From: Eledone cirrhosa
Lineage: Eukaryota
Direction: 5' to 3'
NCBI GenBank assembly: GCA_964016885.1
Contig: OZ024747.1
Span: forward strand, 68,634,001-68,698,000
DNA: 64,000 bases
Shown here: positions 47,586-60,800 of the stretch, piece after piece
Layout of the letters: each line of letters begins with the position of its first letter
Numbering within the stretch: the first letter of the stretch is position 1
Translations under genes and position numbers: made by a program
The notes under the pieces: model-generated
Database searches by the model: none
The model's input: only the letters and a program-made list of their open reading frames with translations
Told to the model about the DNA's origin: nothing

Positions 47586-48280
47586 TGACCCCTTCTTTCT
47601 TATATATATATATCAGAATGAAGTAACAGAGTCAGAAACTCACGCTAGTCCCTGTAATTCATGAGCTCAAAGGAAAAAGAATCCTGGGCTCTACAAATAT
47701 AATATAGAGAAGAAAACACTAGAGTGTGTGTGTTTATCAAGTTACAGGGAATACCACTAGTGTATGGAACCGAGTTTGTACATGTGTGATATATAGTTAT
47801 AAAGATGGGTTCTGTCATTTTAATTTATATTTTTAATTATAATGTATCTGACTCACCTTTCTAAGTTTATATGTTCCATATGCTAGTGGTATTCCCTGTA
47901 ACTTGATAAACACACACTCTCTCTAGTGTGTTTTCTTATCATCATCATCATCATCACCGTTTTTACGTCCGTTCTTCCATGCTAGCATGGGTTAGACGGG
48001 TTGTCCTGTTGTGGGCAGTGTCTGGTCGGCTGACCATGCCTTGCTCATACAGGAACTGATTTGGCTTGATTTCTACAGCTGGATGCCCTTCCTAACACCA
48101 ACCTCATTTACAGTGAGTGCTGGGTGCTTTTTTGCCGTGGCACCTACACGACCACTTTACAGTGGAATGATATGGACCCCAGTCCCTATCATCTCATTTC
48201 TACAGCTGAGTAAACTGGAGCAATGTGAAATAAAGTGTCTTGCTCAAGGAAACAACACATCACCCGGTCTGTGCCTCCAT

Positions 48281-48334
<54 letters not shown>

Positions 48335-48337
48335 GAT

Positions 48338-48937
48338 ATGGTACGGCCACACTTAGAATTTGCATCACCAGTCTGGAACCCCTATCTTGCTCAGAACATT
48401 GACCGCCTGGAAACTGTTCAGAGACGTGCAAGCAAGCGAATACCCTCCATCAGGCATCTAACATTGTCTGAACGCCTTGCTTCCTTGGGCATGGATACGT
48501 TGAAGCTCCGATGTCTGGCAACTGACTTGGTAAACACCCGCAAGATTATTAACAATCTTGCCAACAACAACCCTGAGCACCTTTTTGATTTCCATGTGTC
48601 TAACACACGTGGGCATGCCTACAAAGTCAGAAAACTGCTCAGTTCCCATGACTTTCGGAAACATTTTTTCACATTCGGAGTTGCTGAAGCATGGAACAAA
48701 CTACCAGCATCAGTTGTTAGTTGCTGAGACACTGCATCCTTTAAAACCTCCATGCTTTCTGAAATTCGCCTACACTACACCTGATATCCCCCTCCATACA
48801 CACGCACACATGTATATCAGGACTCGTACACTGTTCACTTTCCTGACATTTGTACATTATTCTATGTACTATACATGCACCTTTGATGAGTTGTAGTGCA
48901 CCTGAGCACTGTACACAATAATTTCATTATTATTATA
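48338..48937 (+). mobile_element. CR1-clade LINE 3' fragment
   Basis: VRPHLEFASPVWNPY...LETVQRRA...TRGH...AWNKLP. 3'UTR ends in (ATT)n. Confidence 0.88.
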
Positions 48938-49491
48938 TAATCCTCTCCATCTTCACTGTTTAATGTCTATTTTCCATGCTTGCATGTGTTAGACATATTG
49001 TCATGTACTGGAACTAGATTGAACAAGTGTTCAAGTCTTGCTGATATGCTCCATTTTTGGCTTGGTTTCTACAGATGGATGATCTTCCTAATGCCAATCA
49101 CTTTATGAATATACTAGGAGCATTTTATTGTGACCCTGGCGCTACCACCTTACAGGATGGACTGGGGGGTTTTCTACATATCTGTCTATATATCTACCTG
49201 ACTGTTTATCTCTTTGTCTATCTATCTATTCATCTATCTATCTATCGTTCTAATTGCCAATCTATCTACATACCTATCTATCTACCTACATATCTCTTAA
49301 TCTATTGATCTGTTTGTTTGTAATTTTAACTTTTTAATACATAAATATCCCATACATATACACACACACACACACATGCTCACATGTACACACACACATA
49401 CACAAATGCTCACATGTACACACACATATACACACATGCTCACAGGCACTGCCTGTTTTTCTTTGACTTGATAGTACTTTTTTTTTGGAAG

Positions 49492-50403
49492 AGGCTATGA
49501 AGCCAGTCCCGGTAAAATAGACTCCCAGGCTACTTAGCTGGTAAGAGTGTCAGACACCATGAGTTGTGGCCTGAGTTAAGACAATTGTTAAGACAATTTA
49601 AAATCTTTTCCAACATCCAATTGTTAAAAAACAAGTTAATATCATTTAGTCATCATCTTATTATAATTCTGCTTGTGTTTCGTCCATTCGTAACATATGT
49701 TACACTTTAATTATATACACACACATCTACTGAGTTACATACACACACATCTACTTAGTTACATACACACACATCTACTTAGTTACATACACACACATCT
49801 ACTGAGTTACATACACACACATCTACTTAGTTACATACACACACATCTACTTAGTTACATACACACACATCTACTTAGTTACATACACACACATCTACTG
49901 AGTTACATACACACACATCTACTTAGTTACATACACACACATCTACTTAGTTACATACACACACATCTACTTAGTTACATACACACACATCTACTGAGTT
50001 ACATACACACACATCTACTTAGTTACATACACACACATCTACTTAGTTACATACACACACATCTACTTAGTTACATACACACACATCTACTGAGTTACAT
50101 ACACACACATCTACTTAGTTACATACACACACATCTACTGAGTTACATACACACACAGCTACTGATCTCAAAGGCTTAAGAATTTTAGCAGAAAGGTAAA
50201 TATTTTCGAAATTAGGAATTTTAGCAGAAAGTCACGATTTGGGTTAAAGATAGTCATTACCTGGGTTCTAAAACACTATTTATTATTTTGTGGTAAAATA
50301 AGCTTCCGGGACCCCAGCTAGAGTTGTGTCGTTTCGGGGTTTACTGGTAAAATAAACTTAAAAAGCCTGTTTGTCTATTTTGCCAGGACCGGCTATGTAG
50401 CCT
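49492..50403. mobile_element. Unclassified TIR element containing a minisatellite
   Basis: Imperfect TIR of about 31 bp: AGGCTATGAAGCCAGTCCCGGTAAAATAGAC / GTCTATTTTGCCAGGACCGGCTATGTAGCCT. Confidence 0.6.
49714..50164. repeat. 24-bp minisatellite (TACACACACATCTACT[T/G]AGTTACA), about 18-19 copies
   Basis: Direct reading. Generates the (YIHTHLLS)n ORF. Confidence 0.95.
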
Positions 50404-51419
50404 ATTCCTTTTTTTTTTCAATCTTAGAAAGATTGAAATTCTATTTCTGACTTGTGATTTATTGTTCTTGTTCTCTCTCCCTTCATACCTTTTCCCTCTC
50501 TTTTTCTTGCTCTGGTGCTCCTCTCTCTCATTTGCTGTCTCTCTCCCTTATTCTACTCTATTAATACAAACTTCTCTCATTTAAGCTATTGTTTTAACTA
50601 CTCCCAGCATGTGACCAGAAGTAAACAAAAGTTTGAGAAACTTGTTGAAATTTTATAAAATGAATGAAATGGTAAAAAAAAAAAGAATTACTTAATGGAG
50701 TTGTGAAACAAAAGCTATTCTCTAAATGACACTTAAAACACTTTAAACATCAAAATATTAAAACTTCATAAATATATTCTATACTCATGAGAATTTCAAA
50801 ACCATTCCATCTAAACATAATGTGTTGATTTGCTGAATTGGCTTTCAGTCAGGGTCTAGATTTTTGCCCATTTCTCAGATATAAAATAGCTTATATTCGA
50901 GTATATATGGTAAATATGTAAAAAACAAAAAAAGAATTATACACCCAGTCATTTTTTATGGGTATGTATGTATGTTCTTCCGGTTTTACGATTTGATACA
51001 TTTTTACCAATAGAGAGAGAGAGAGTTGGTTTCTAACATAGAGACAAGTCTCTTTCATTGGAATTTAAACAACATCAACTCGGTAGATACGTCTGCACGT
51101 GTGTGCACGTATGGATGTTATTGTATGTATGGATGTGGATGTTTTGAGTTATATGTTTTGTATCTGTACTTGTGTATATGTAGAATATTTGGAATGTTTT
51201 ACATATTTTTACTGTTCCATTAATGGATTGTACTTGTAATTTCCTAACTAATCGTGTTCTTTCTGTTTTTGTGAGTCCTAGCTTGCATGTATGTATGTAT
51301 GATGTTGACCAGTTCTCCTTTTCGGATAGTGTTTTCAATGCTCATAGAGTGGGATTGGTCGAGTGCAAAGCCTTTCCCCACTTAAAAAACCCATCAAAGC
51401 ACAAGCATTGCTTGTTCAG

Positions 51420-52900
51420 GATATGTTACAGGTTCGTGTGGCTGGGTGTAGCCTAAAGGTGCACCATTTTCTATAATCTGACAATACTCTTAGCAGAGTT
51501 TGCAGCCACCACGTATGTATGTATGTACAACTGTAGGAAAAACAAAAATTTTGTGGGTTGTAAATACATACAGTTTTAAGACAACTGCAAGTATTTGGCA
51601 GGTTCTGTCTCAATTTCTCAAATGCACCAGTGTAATTATGGATCAACAACTTATTAGGTTATCCAGTTTGTATTTAGATTAAGTATGTGTTTGGCCAGCA
51701 GATAAACATTGCATGGAGTATCCACAATTTCTACTGGCTAGCTACACAGATCCCAAACTTGTAACCTGCATGGTTGACCTAGATTGCAGAGAAAGAGACA
51801 GAGATCCAGTTGCTAGATTCTGAATGTGTCATTCTCAGTAGGAAAAGTTTGCTATGACTGGATTAGCTAATTAGTTTAGAAGCAGTTGATGGGGTGGTGG
51901 TAATCAGCAACTCATGTCAAAATGATCTGATGAAGGCATTTAGAGGGAGAATCGATAGGATTTAGCAGTAGAAAAATAGATTAGAGGTGGAGCTAGAGAG
52001 CAAATTAGAAGAGGGGATTAGGAAAAGCATTGTGACTTATGTGTTAATGGCAAGAATGTATCGTCCTAGTTAAGGTCCATGCTCTTGGACACAAGAGAGT
52101 GAAAATCATTCAATGGCCTTGGGTGATAGATTCATGATGTGGTAACAAAGCCACAATTCAGATTTTGATGGATTGGGATGGGCATAAGCTATTCAGTCCC
52201 AGGCAGATATGTGAGGCTTTCCAGCATCTTTGCTCAAACATTTGGGGAGGTGGGGGACTCATGACGACAATAGTGGACTTTAGTGCCTACCTCAATAGCC
52301 TGCTGTGGCTCTTGGTAGAGGATGCTATGTGCTGCGAAAAGCTGGTAACATAGGCTGGATTGGTTGTGTGAGGGGCAAATCATTTGACTTGGATAGCTGG
52401 CTCTACAGGTGTTACATATATGCCAGACATGTTCATCAAATCTTGGCTGATGTCTACTGTTATTGGCAACAAATGGAGAAATTTCCAGTGGATATCACCT
52501 GCTCTAGACAAGGTTGGAAACCATAGAGTGCCATCTTTGTCTTTCTTATGTTGGCTTTATACATTCACTGTATTTAACTCTGTTGAATTCTCCATGAGGC
52601 TTGATTTTTCTCTTTCTTTCTTCCAAGTCATTTTGAATTCTATTAATAGCCGCTCTAAGCTATTTTTTTTCCAAATCAGATGTCCAAAATATTTTAGTGT
52701 TCTCTCTTTAATTGCATTTAATAAAATTGAAACAAGTGGATTATCAATATTTTCTGGCCCATAACTTTGCTTAATACAGAGTTTAAAATTTTGGCCAAAG
52801 TGCTAGCAAAGAAATTGTCACTTATCATTAATAGTTTGGCTATAGAAGTACAAACCTGTACATTCACATGCAGATCTATTCACAAGCTTCACCTCATGTG
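51420..52900 (+). mobile_element. Highly degenerate L1/Tx1-like LINE remnant
   Basis: ILADVYCYWQQMEKF and LNTEFKILAKVLAKKL..VQTC parallel the 45087-45518 fragment. Confidence 0.6.
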
Positions 52901-54692
52901 ATCCATTATAGTACAGTGATAATATATGTTAGTTTAATGCTTGATATAGTAGGAAAAGTGCTGTAATGTTTTGGACATTAGTCATACATCAGAAGATAGA
53001 AGGAGAAATAGAAAGATAGATGGGTTTAGTATCAAACAATTATTTTTTTGAGACGTTTGGTGGAGTTGGGTCGCTGACAGCAAAGTTCTTGTGATAATTG
53101 GCAGCTCACCTTACTGCGGTGCTAGGCGGTGCCTGTGAGAGTGCCTGCTGGTTTCAGCACCTTAGCCTAACCATCACCTGTGGTAATACTGCAAACATAT
53201 TAGCTTGCCTAAAAAATTTCCGTTGACCCTTGTGATGTGGGTCGATTGTCACCCTTGGTGATGAATTGATGGTCATTTTTGTTTTCCTTTTTTTTTCTTT
53301 CTCTCACTTTGTATATTTTGGTGTGTTATCTAAGTGAGATACCTAGCAATAATTAATCGCATTTGTTATATGCATTTATATTTGTGTTTATATTTTCATT
53401 CTCAAAGAATTGTGAAGAGTTTGTAGTGTTATTTATACAACTGTGAAGAAAATAGTTTTTTAATTTAGTTTAAATATATATATATGTATACACACACATA
53501 TATATATATACACATATAATATGTGTGTTTGTGTGTGTGTGTGTGTGTGCATGTGTACATACATACACATATATATACATATAACATGTTGGTGTATTTA
53601 AAATAAAAGTTTTCTGATAAATGTCTTTAGTTTTATATTTTTGTTCATCCTGCATTCATTTATTCGTTTATTTCTTATAATCTTTCTCTGATGTTGAAAA
53701 ATAGTTGGCTGATAGGGAACGTGTGGAATTTCAATGGTAACTTTATTTTTATTTTGTATTGCATTTGATGAACAATTACATCATTGGCTATAAGGTTCCA
53801 GTGGAACAAATACTAGTTCATAGCTTTGCTGGTGGCAGCAATGATGAAGGATTTATCTAATTTTACAGAACAATTAATTTCCTCACAGTCTCATTTTAAT
53901 CGAATTCAACAGTTTTTCAGTTTTCTTGTCAGTGTTTTTTCTTCGTCTACACTTATATCTTGCCAACACGTGATAACAGATACACACACATACGCAATGA
54001 AGGTGCCTGTAACTTTGAAGTTATCTTGGTACCTGTTCTGGCAAGATGCTGCTGAGGAATACAGGTTCTTAAGTTTCATTGGGTTATACAGCCCACTTCA
54101 TTTAGCCTTTCATAAACAAAAATGGTTACCTCCACAAAGATTTTAGAAAATACAGGAGAGCCCTTCAAGGGCAGGTAATCTCGAATTTAGCTATAAATAG
54201 ACAAATCCTTTAGATAATCTAAAGGTAGATACTATCCAAAAACCTACGGAGGGGGGGGGGGCTTTGTATTGTGCAAAGTTAGGAAGTCGAAGAAAATAAA
54301 TTCAATTAATCTAGTCTATACCATTTTTTATAATGAATTTTGCTTTGTGTGGACAGTGACTAAAGCAGTCGAGGTGAGTATTTAAGCAGTGTTTCTCTGA
54401 AGCCAGTTGCGAGAGTATATTCCAATTTTCTGACTTATACAGTTGGCAAAATTTGTTCCATTAATATAAGGGGTGGATTTTTCTAATATACTCCATTTAA
54501 TGGAGAAAGCTGTACCGTTATTTTGGGGGTTCCACACAGGGTTCATGAGCTGAGTGGCATGTTTTTCTCAGCATGTCTGAAGATTGTTTTGTGGTTCAGG
54601 TACTGGCTTTTAAACCAGCTCTCAGACATTTTGGTATAAGTCCAAGCTTCAGTTTGGTGGCTCTGGTTGGTGGAGGTCACTTCTGCTTGATA

Positions 54693-55933
54693 TCATCATC
54701 ATCATCATCATCAACGTTTAACGTCCGTGTTCCACGCTTGCATGGGTTTGGACGGGGGTAGTCCCACTTGAGGCAAGAGTGATTGTCTTGCTCGCATAGG
54801 ACTGTCTGGCAGGTTTTCTACAGTTGGATGCCCTTCCTAACACCAACCACATTTACAGTGTGGGTCTGGGAGGTTTTTACCGTGTTGCCTACACGGCCAC
54901 ATTACAGCGTGGACTGTGTGTTTTTTTGTCGTGACACCTACACGATCTCATTTGTTTCGGCCTGGATGGTGTGGCACCAACACAACTTTACATAGAACAG
55001 GGTGGTGTGGATGGGGTGGGGGTGGTGGGACGGGGGGAGGGGGTATTTTGTTAGAGATGCCTACTGGCTGTAGTAGGTTTTACTATGTATTTAGGTAAGG
55101 CGGGTCTTCTCTGTTACTGAGTACCGCCAAAGGTCTCGGTCCAGTGACATTGTCTTGGAGAGGTGTAAGTGTGTGAAGTCGGAGTTTATCAGCTCGTCCC
55201 AGGTTTTTCTAGGTCTGCCTATTTCGTGGCTACCGTCTATCTTTATTGCCCTGCACTTTGTTATACAGCTATCGACTTTCATGCGCATCACGTGTCCATA
55301 CCAACGTAGCCTTCTCTCGAGTAAACAACATCTGATCCCTCTTATTTCTAATTTTTTCCTTAGTTCGTTTATGCTTTGCCGTTCACGTATATTACTGTTA
55401 CACATCCAGCGGAGCATGCAAGCTTCGTTCCTCTCTAGTCTGCGTATATCCTCTGCACACAATGCCCAGGTCTCACTGCCATGCAACATTGCTGTTCGTA
55501 TGCAGGCATCGTACAACCTGTCTTTCATTTTTAGGGAGAACCCTTTAGCAGCTAATAGTGGTATAAGCTCTCTGAACTTTTTCCAACCAGTTCTGACTCT
55601 AGCTACTGTACTTTCAGAGCACCCTCCCCCACTGCTGATTTTATCACCCAGGTAACGGAAACTGTCCACTATTTCTATAGAACCCTCTGCGCAATTGAAA
55701 GAGCTAGTATTTTGTGGGCACTTGCTGCTACTTCTTGCACCAGAGCACCGGCCACATGTAAAATCTATGTTCTTAGTTAGCTTACCTGTGATCCCACTAC
55801 ATCTTTTATGCACCCATACTTTGCATTTAGGACATAAAATGGAGTTTCTACCTACGCCTTTCCTACACACCGAGCACGACCATTTCCCAGAAGGGACCGC
55901 CGCCTTATTTTCTTTCCTACAAACTAGAACTTT
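54693..55933 (-). mobile_element. 5'-truncated young RTE LINE copy
   Basis: 259-aa ORF nearly identical to the C-terminus of 58270-61290. (TCA)n tail. Confidence 0.93.
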
Positions 55934-56316
55934 ATGTATATATATAAATCATAGAGTCGGGATCTGACAGCTGAGCTCTTTCCATTTGAACAGCTAGTTA
56001 GGCCCCAACTCTTTATAACATACCTATGCTCTACTACCTCAAGTATTGAGTACTCTGTTGAGTAATTCTATTTCTGCTATTTGTTTTATCGCATACACAT
56101 AATACCAGCAGAAAGATTTATTTTTCTGTTGCATGATCTAGCTTTTTAAAATGGTACTCTCAATTAAATTGTGCGAAACCATTTTGCTGGTTTGAGAGCT
56201 GATGAGGGTGAAAATGTTTGTGTAAACTTGTCTTCTACATCGGCTTTCTTTATTTTTTCTTCCAGTCACTTCTGTGTGCTAACACACTTCTTGTTCTCCT
56301 CTTCTTTCAATATTTT

Positions 56317-56446
56317 CTATATTTCATCTGCCTGTTACCCACCTTGTGGATTGTTTCTCTGTTGACCACTGGCCGCTGGTCTATATTTCATCTGCCTGTC
56401 ACCCACCTTGTGGATTGTCTCTCTGTTGACCACTGGCCGCTGGTCT
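56317..56446. repeat. Two-copy 64-bp tandem duplication
   Basis: CTATATTTCATCTGCCTG...CCACTGGCCGCTGGT at 56317 and 56381. Confidence 0.85.
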
Positions 56447-56522
56447 TTGTCCTCTGAGGCACTTTTACCCATCACTGTCTTTGACAGCATTTGGCTGTTT
56501 TTACGGCTGTTCTAGTGATGAG

Positions 56523-56555
<33 letters not shown>

Positions 56556-56684
56556 GTATTTATACACACATAAGATGGTTGTGTAGGTGTCATGACAAAA
56601 AGCACCCAGTACTCACTGTAAATGTGTATGAGCAATACATGGTTACTTGACCTGGCCTACTCGTAACAGGACAACTCGTCTAAA

Positions 56685-56687
<3 letters not shown>

Positions 56688-56746
<59 letters not shown>
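56688..56746. repeat. (GT)n microsatellite
   Basis: Direct reading. Confidence 0.95.
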
Positions 56747-56751
<5 letters not shown>

Positions 56752-57879
56752 GAAGTATTAGAAATCAATGAAAAGATGTTTCTGCTGCTTTTGAAGTGAG
56801 ATATCAATATGTATGTAAACTGCCTTATGAAATTGAATTATGATTTCGGAATAGACATATGAGTGAGATACCGTCACCTGACCAATCTTGCTTCAAGTGG
56901 GACAATTCCCGTCTAAACCCATGCTAGCGTGGAAGATAGATGTTAAATGATGATGATGTATTAAATGCTCTTGGTTGTGAAGAAAAACTGAAATAAAATG
57001 TAAATATTATCCAGTAACTAAACAAGAGACATTGTGTAGTCAGCGGTTTTTGGTGTATTCAATAATCTTGGTAATTTGCTGAAAGTAGGACTCGAATGTA
57101 CAATCACTGAATTATATCAAAGATGGTGGCTAAAAAGTATGAAACAGCTGCAGGACTTTCTCATTAAAATTGCATCCATTTTGTTCTTTTTAACACTACT
57201 TTTATGCTTGGAAATACACAATCCATAGCTTCAGGATTGCTTTATTCTTAAATGTATGATCTAAATTCTTCTTAGTGAGAGATTTTGTAATAATTTGACA
57301 GCATCATGTAACTCTATAAACTTGAAGAGCAAAAAAAACTACTTGTTGCTTTGAAAGAACTATGGCATCCCTTGTGTCTAAATATATGATTCTTGAAATG
57401 AGCAAAAAAACATTAAATGAAGCATAGGTGAGATGAGAATTGTGTGCTTTGTTCTTGGTTACAAGTAATGATAGAAATTGTCCTTTATTATACTATTATA
57501 TAGAAAAAAAGTTATGTGGACAAAGGAAGGACAAAATGAGTTGCATGTTAAGTAGAAGCAGGGAAATACAAAAGACACCATTAATATCTTTAAAACTACT
57601 GCTGTATCATACATAATGAAATAGCAATAAGATTGCATAGCAATACAAAAGTCCAAGATGCAGAAAACGATGCTATTTTTCTCAATAATCATTTAAAAAA
57701 AAAATCTGTGTAATGTTTTATATATTTAGATATATAGTTGCTGTCTTTACAGTAGTTCAGTGGTACTCTTTGGTTCTGCATATATCCTTATATGTATTTC
57801 TTTCTCCACAATTGCCACCAGTTCTGCATGTTTTTATTCAATTAGCTATTTAAGTGTAGTTTCAATAGTGATATTGAAT

Positions 57880-60800
57880 TCATCATCATCATCATCAGGT
57901 TTAGCGTCCGTGTTCCACGCTTGCATGGGTTTGGACGGGGGTTTTCCCACTTGAGGCAAGAGTGGTTGTCTTGCTCGCATAGGACTGTCTGGCGGGTTTT
58001 CTACAGTTGGATGCCCTTCCTAACACCAACCACATTTACAGTGTGGGGCTGGGAGGTTTTTACCGTGTTGCCTACACGGCCACATTTACAGCGTGGACTG
58101 TGTGTTTTTTGTCGTGACACCTACACGATCTCATTTGTTTCGGCCTGGATGTTGTGGGACCAACATAACTTTACATTGAAAGGGGCGGTGTGGGTGGGGT
58201 GGAGGTGGTGGGACGGGGGTGTGTTTTGATAGAGATGCCTACTGACTGTAGTAGGTTTTTACTTTGTATTTAGGTAAGGCGGGTCTTCTCTATTACTGAG
58301 TACCGCCAAAGGTCTCGGTCCAGTGACATTGTCTTGGAGAGGTGTAAGCGTGTGAGGTCGGAATTTATCAGCTCGTCCCATGTTTTTCTGGGTCTGCCTA
58401 CTCCGTGGCTACCGTCTATCTTTATTGCCCTGCACTTTGTTATACAGCTGTCGTCTTTCATGCGCATCACGTGACCGTACCAACGTAGCCTTCTCTCGAG
58501 TAAACAACATCTGATCCCTCTTATTTCTAATTTTTTCCTTAGTTCGTTTATGCTTTGCCGTTCACGTATATTACTATTGCACATCCAGCGGAGCATGCAA
58601 GCTTCGTTCCTCTCTAGTCTGCGTATATCCTCTGCACACAATGCCCAGGTCTCACTGCCATGCAGCATTGCTGTTCGTATGCAGGCATCGTATAACCTGC
58701 CTTTCATTTTTAGGGAGAACCCTCTAGCGGCTAATAGTGGTATAAGCTCTCTGAACTTTTTCCATCCAGTTCTGACTCTAGCTACTGTACTTTCAGAGCA
58801 CCCTCCCCCACTGCTGATTTTGTCACCCAGATAACGGAAGCTGTACACTATTTCTATAGAACCCTCTGCGCAGTTGAAGGAGCTAGTATTTTGTGGGCAC
58901 TTGCTGCTACTTATTGCACCAGAGCACCGGCCACATGTAAAATCTATGTTCTTAGTTAGCTTACCTGTGATCCCACTACATCTTTTATGCACCCATACTT
59001 TGCATTTGGGACATAAAATGGAGTTTCTACCTACACCTTTCCTACACACTGAGCATGGCCATTTCCCAGATGGGACCGCCACCTTATTTTCTTTCCTACA
59101 AACTAGAACTTTAGTCTTAGCCAGGTTAATTTTAAGGCCTTTTGATTCTAGGCCGTGCTTCCATGTTTGGAATTTCTTCTCTAGTTCGGTCATTGATTCA
59201 GCTATGAGCGTTAGATCATCTGCGTATAGGAGTTCCCATGGGCAGCCGGTCTTGAACTCCTCTGTTATAGCCTGAAGGGCAATAATAAATAGTAGGGGGC
59301 TAAGAACAGAGCCCTGATGGACACCAACTTTTACGCTAAACTCTTCACTATATTCGTTGTTAATTCTAACCTTACTGACTGTTTCTTTATACATGGCTTG
59401 TATAGCTCTCACAAGCCATTCGTCAACACCTAGTTTTCTAAGAGACCACCAGATAATGGAACGGGGGACTCTGTCGAAGGCTTTCTCCAAGTCGACGAAA
59501 GCTAAGTATAGGGGTTTACTTTTAGCTAGGTACTTCTCCTGTAGTTGTCGTACAATGAAAAGAGCGTCTGTGGTACTTTTGCCTGACACAAACCCGAACT
59601 GCATTTCATCTAGATCAATTCTCTCTCTGATTAGTTGCGCTATTACTTTTTCCGTGACCTTCATGACCTGGTCGATTAATTTAATGCCTTTATAGTTACT
59701 CCTATCTAGGGCATCTCCTTTTCCCTTATAGCAGTTAACGATGATGCTGCTACGCCATTCCTTCGGAACAACCCCATTCTGTACGACTTGGTTAACTATC
59801 CGGGTGACCATGGTGTGTCCCACCGAACCAGATGCCTTCAGCATCTCAGCAACTATTTCCGAAGGCCCAGCCGCCTTACCCGTCTTCATATCTTTGATTG
59901 CCTTACTTATTATACTACCTTCAACTAACACTGCTGGTCCCTCTATTGGATCGATCTGGGGGAGACTGTCTTTCTCCCATTTGTTCTCCTCATTTAGAAG
60001 CCTTTCGTAGTGACACTTCCAAGCTACCTTCTTATCAGCGTCGGTGATGGCAAGTATGCCATCATCGTTAAGTACACACTTCTCCCCGACAATATCACGG
60101 TTTTCCTTGACACATTGCCTGGCAATCCTGAACACCTCACGTTTTTGGTCCTCACGTTGTAGAACATGCTTGAACTTTCTTTCCTCTGCTTCCCTTCTTG
60201 CGAAGTACACTTGTCTCCTAGCTTCCCTCCTGGCCACTTGATAGTCTTCTCTACTTCCCCCATCCCGCCATACTTTCCAAGCCTGCTTTTTGGCCTTAAT
60301 TGACTTCTCCACCTTACTGTTCCACCACCATGTTACTCTCCTCCTACCTACAGGCCTGCTCCAGCCACAGACTTTGTCTGCCGCCGTCAGCAGGTTTGCT
60401 CTCAGGAATTCCCACTGTTCCTCTATATTATACGACTCTAATTGCTCTTCCTTACTGTCGAAAGCGTCAAGTAATATGCTTTGAAATTTATTTCTGGCTA
60501 TGGGGTCCTTTAGCTTCCATATTTTTCTCCTGAGGATAGTCCTCTTCCGCTGTCTAGTACGTCTCGTCCTGACTATGAGGTCGCTAATTATCAGTCTATG
60601 TTGGGAGGTGAATTCTTCATGGGGGAGGGATTTAGTGTTTACAACAGACACTCTGTCACGTCTTCTGGTAAGGATATAATCTACCTGGCTTGTGTGTTCC
60701 CCCGATCTATAGGTGATCAAGTGATTGTCTCGTTTTTTGAAGTTAGTGTTACAGATAGTTAAGTTATTTGCGTCGCAGAATTCCAGGATTCTGGAGCCTT

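Noticed and set aside
49697-50179. 160-aa (YIHTHLLS)n protein
   Set aside because: Translation of a 24-bp minisatellite with no gene context.
56170-56215. GAAACC...CTGATGAG hammerhead-like words
   Set aside because: Stems I and II could not be formed.
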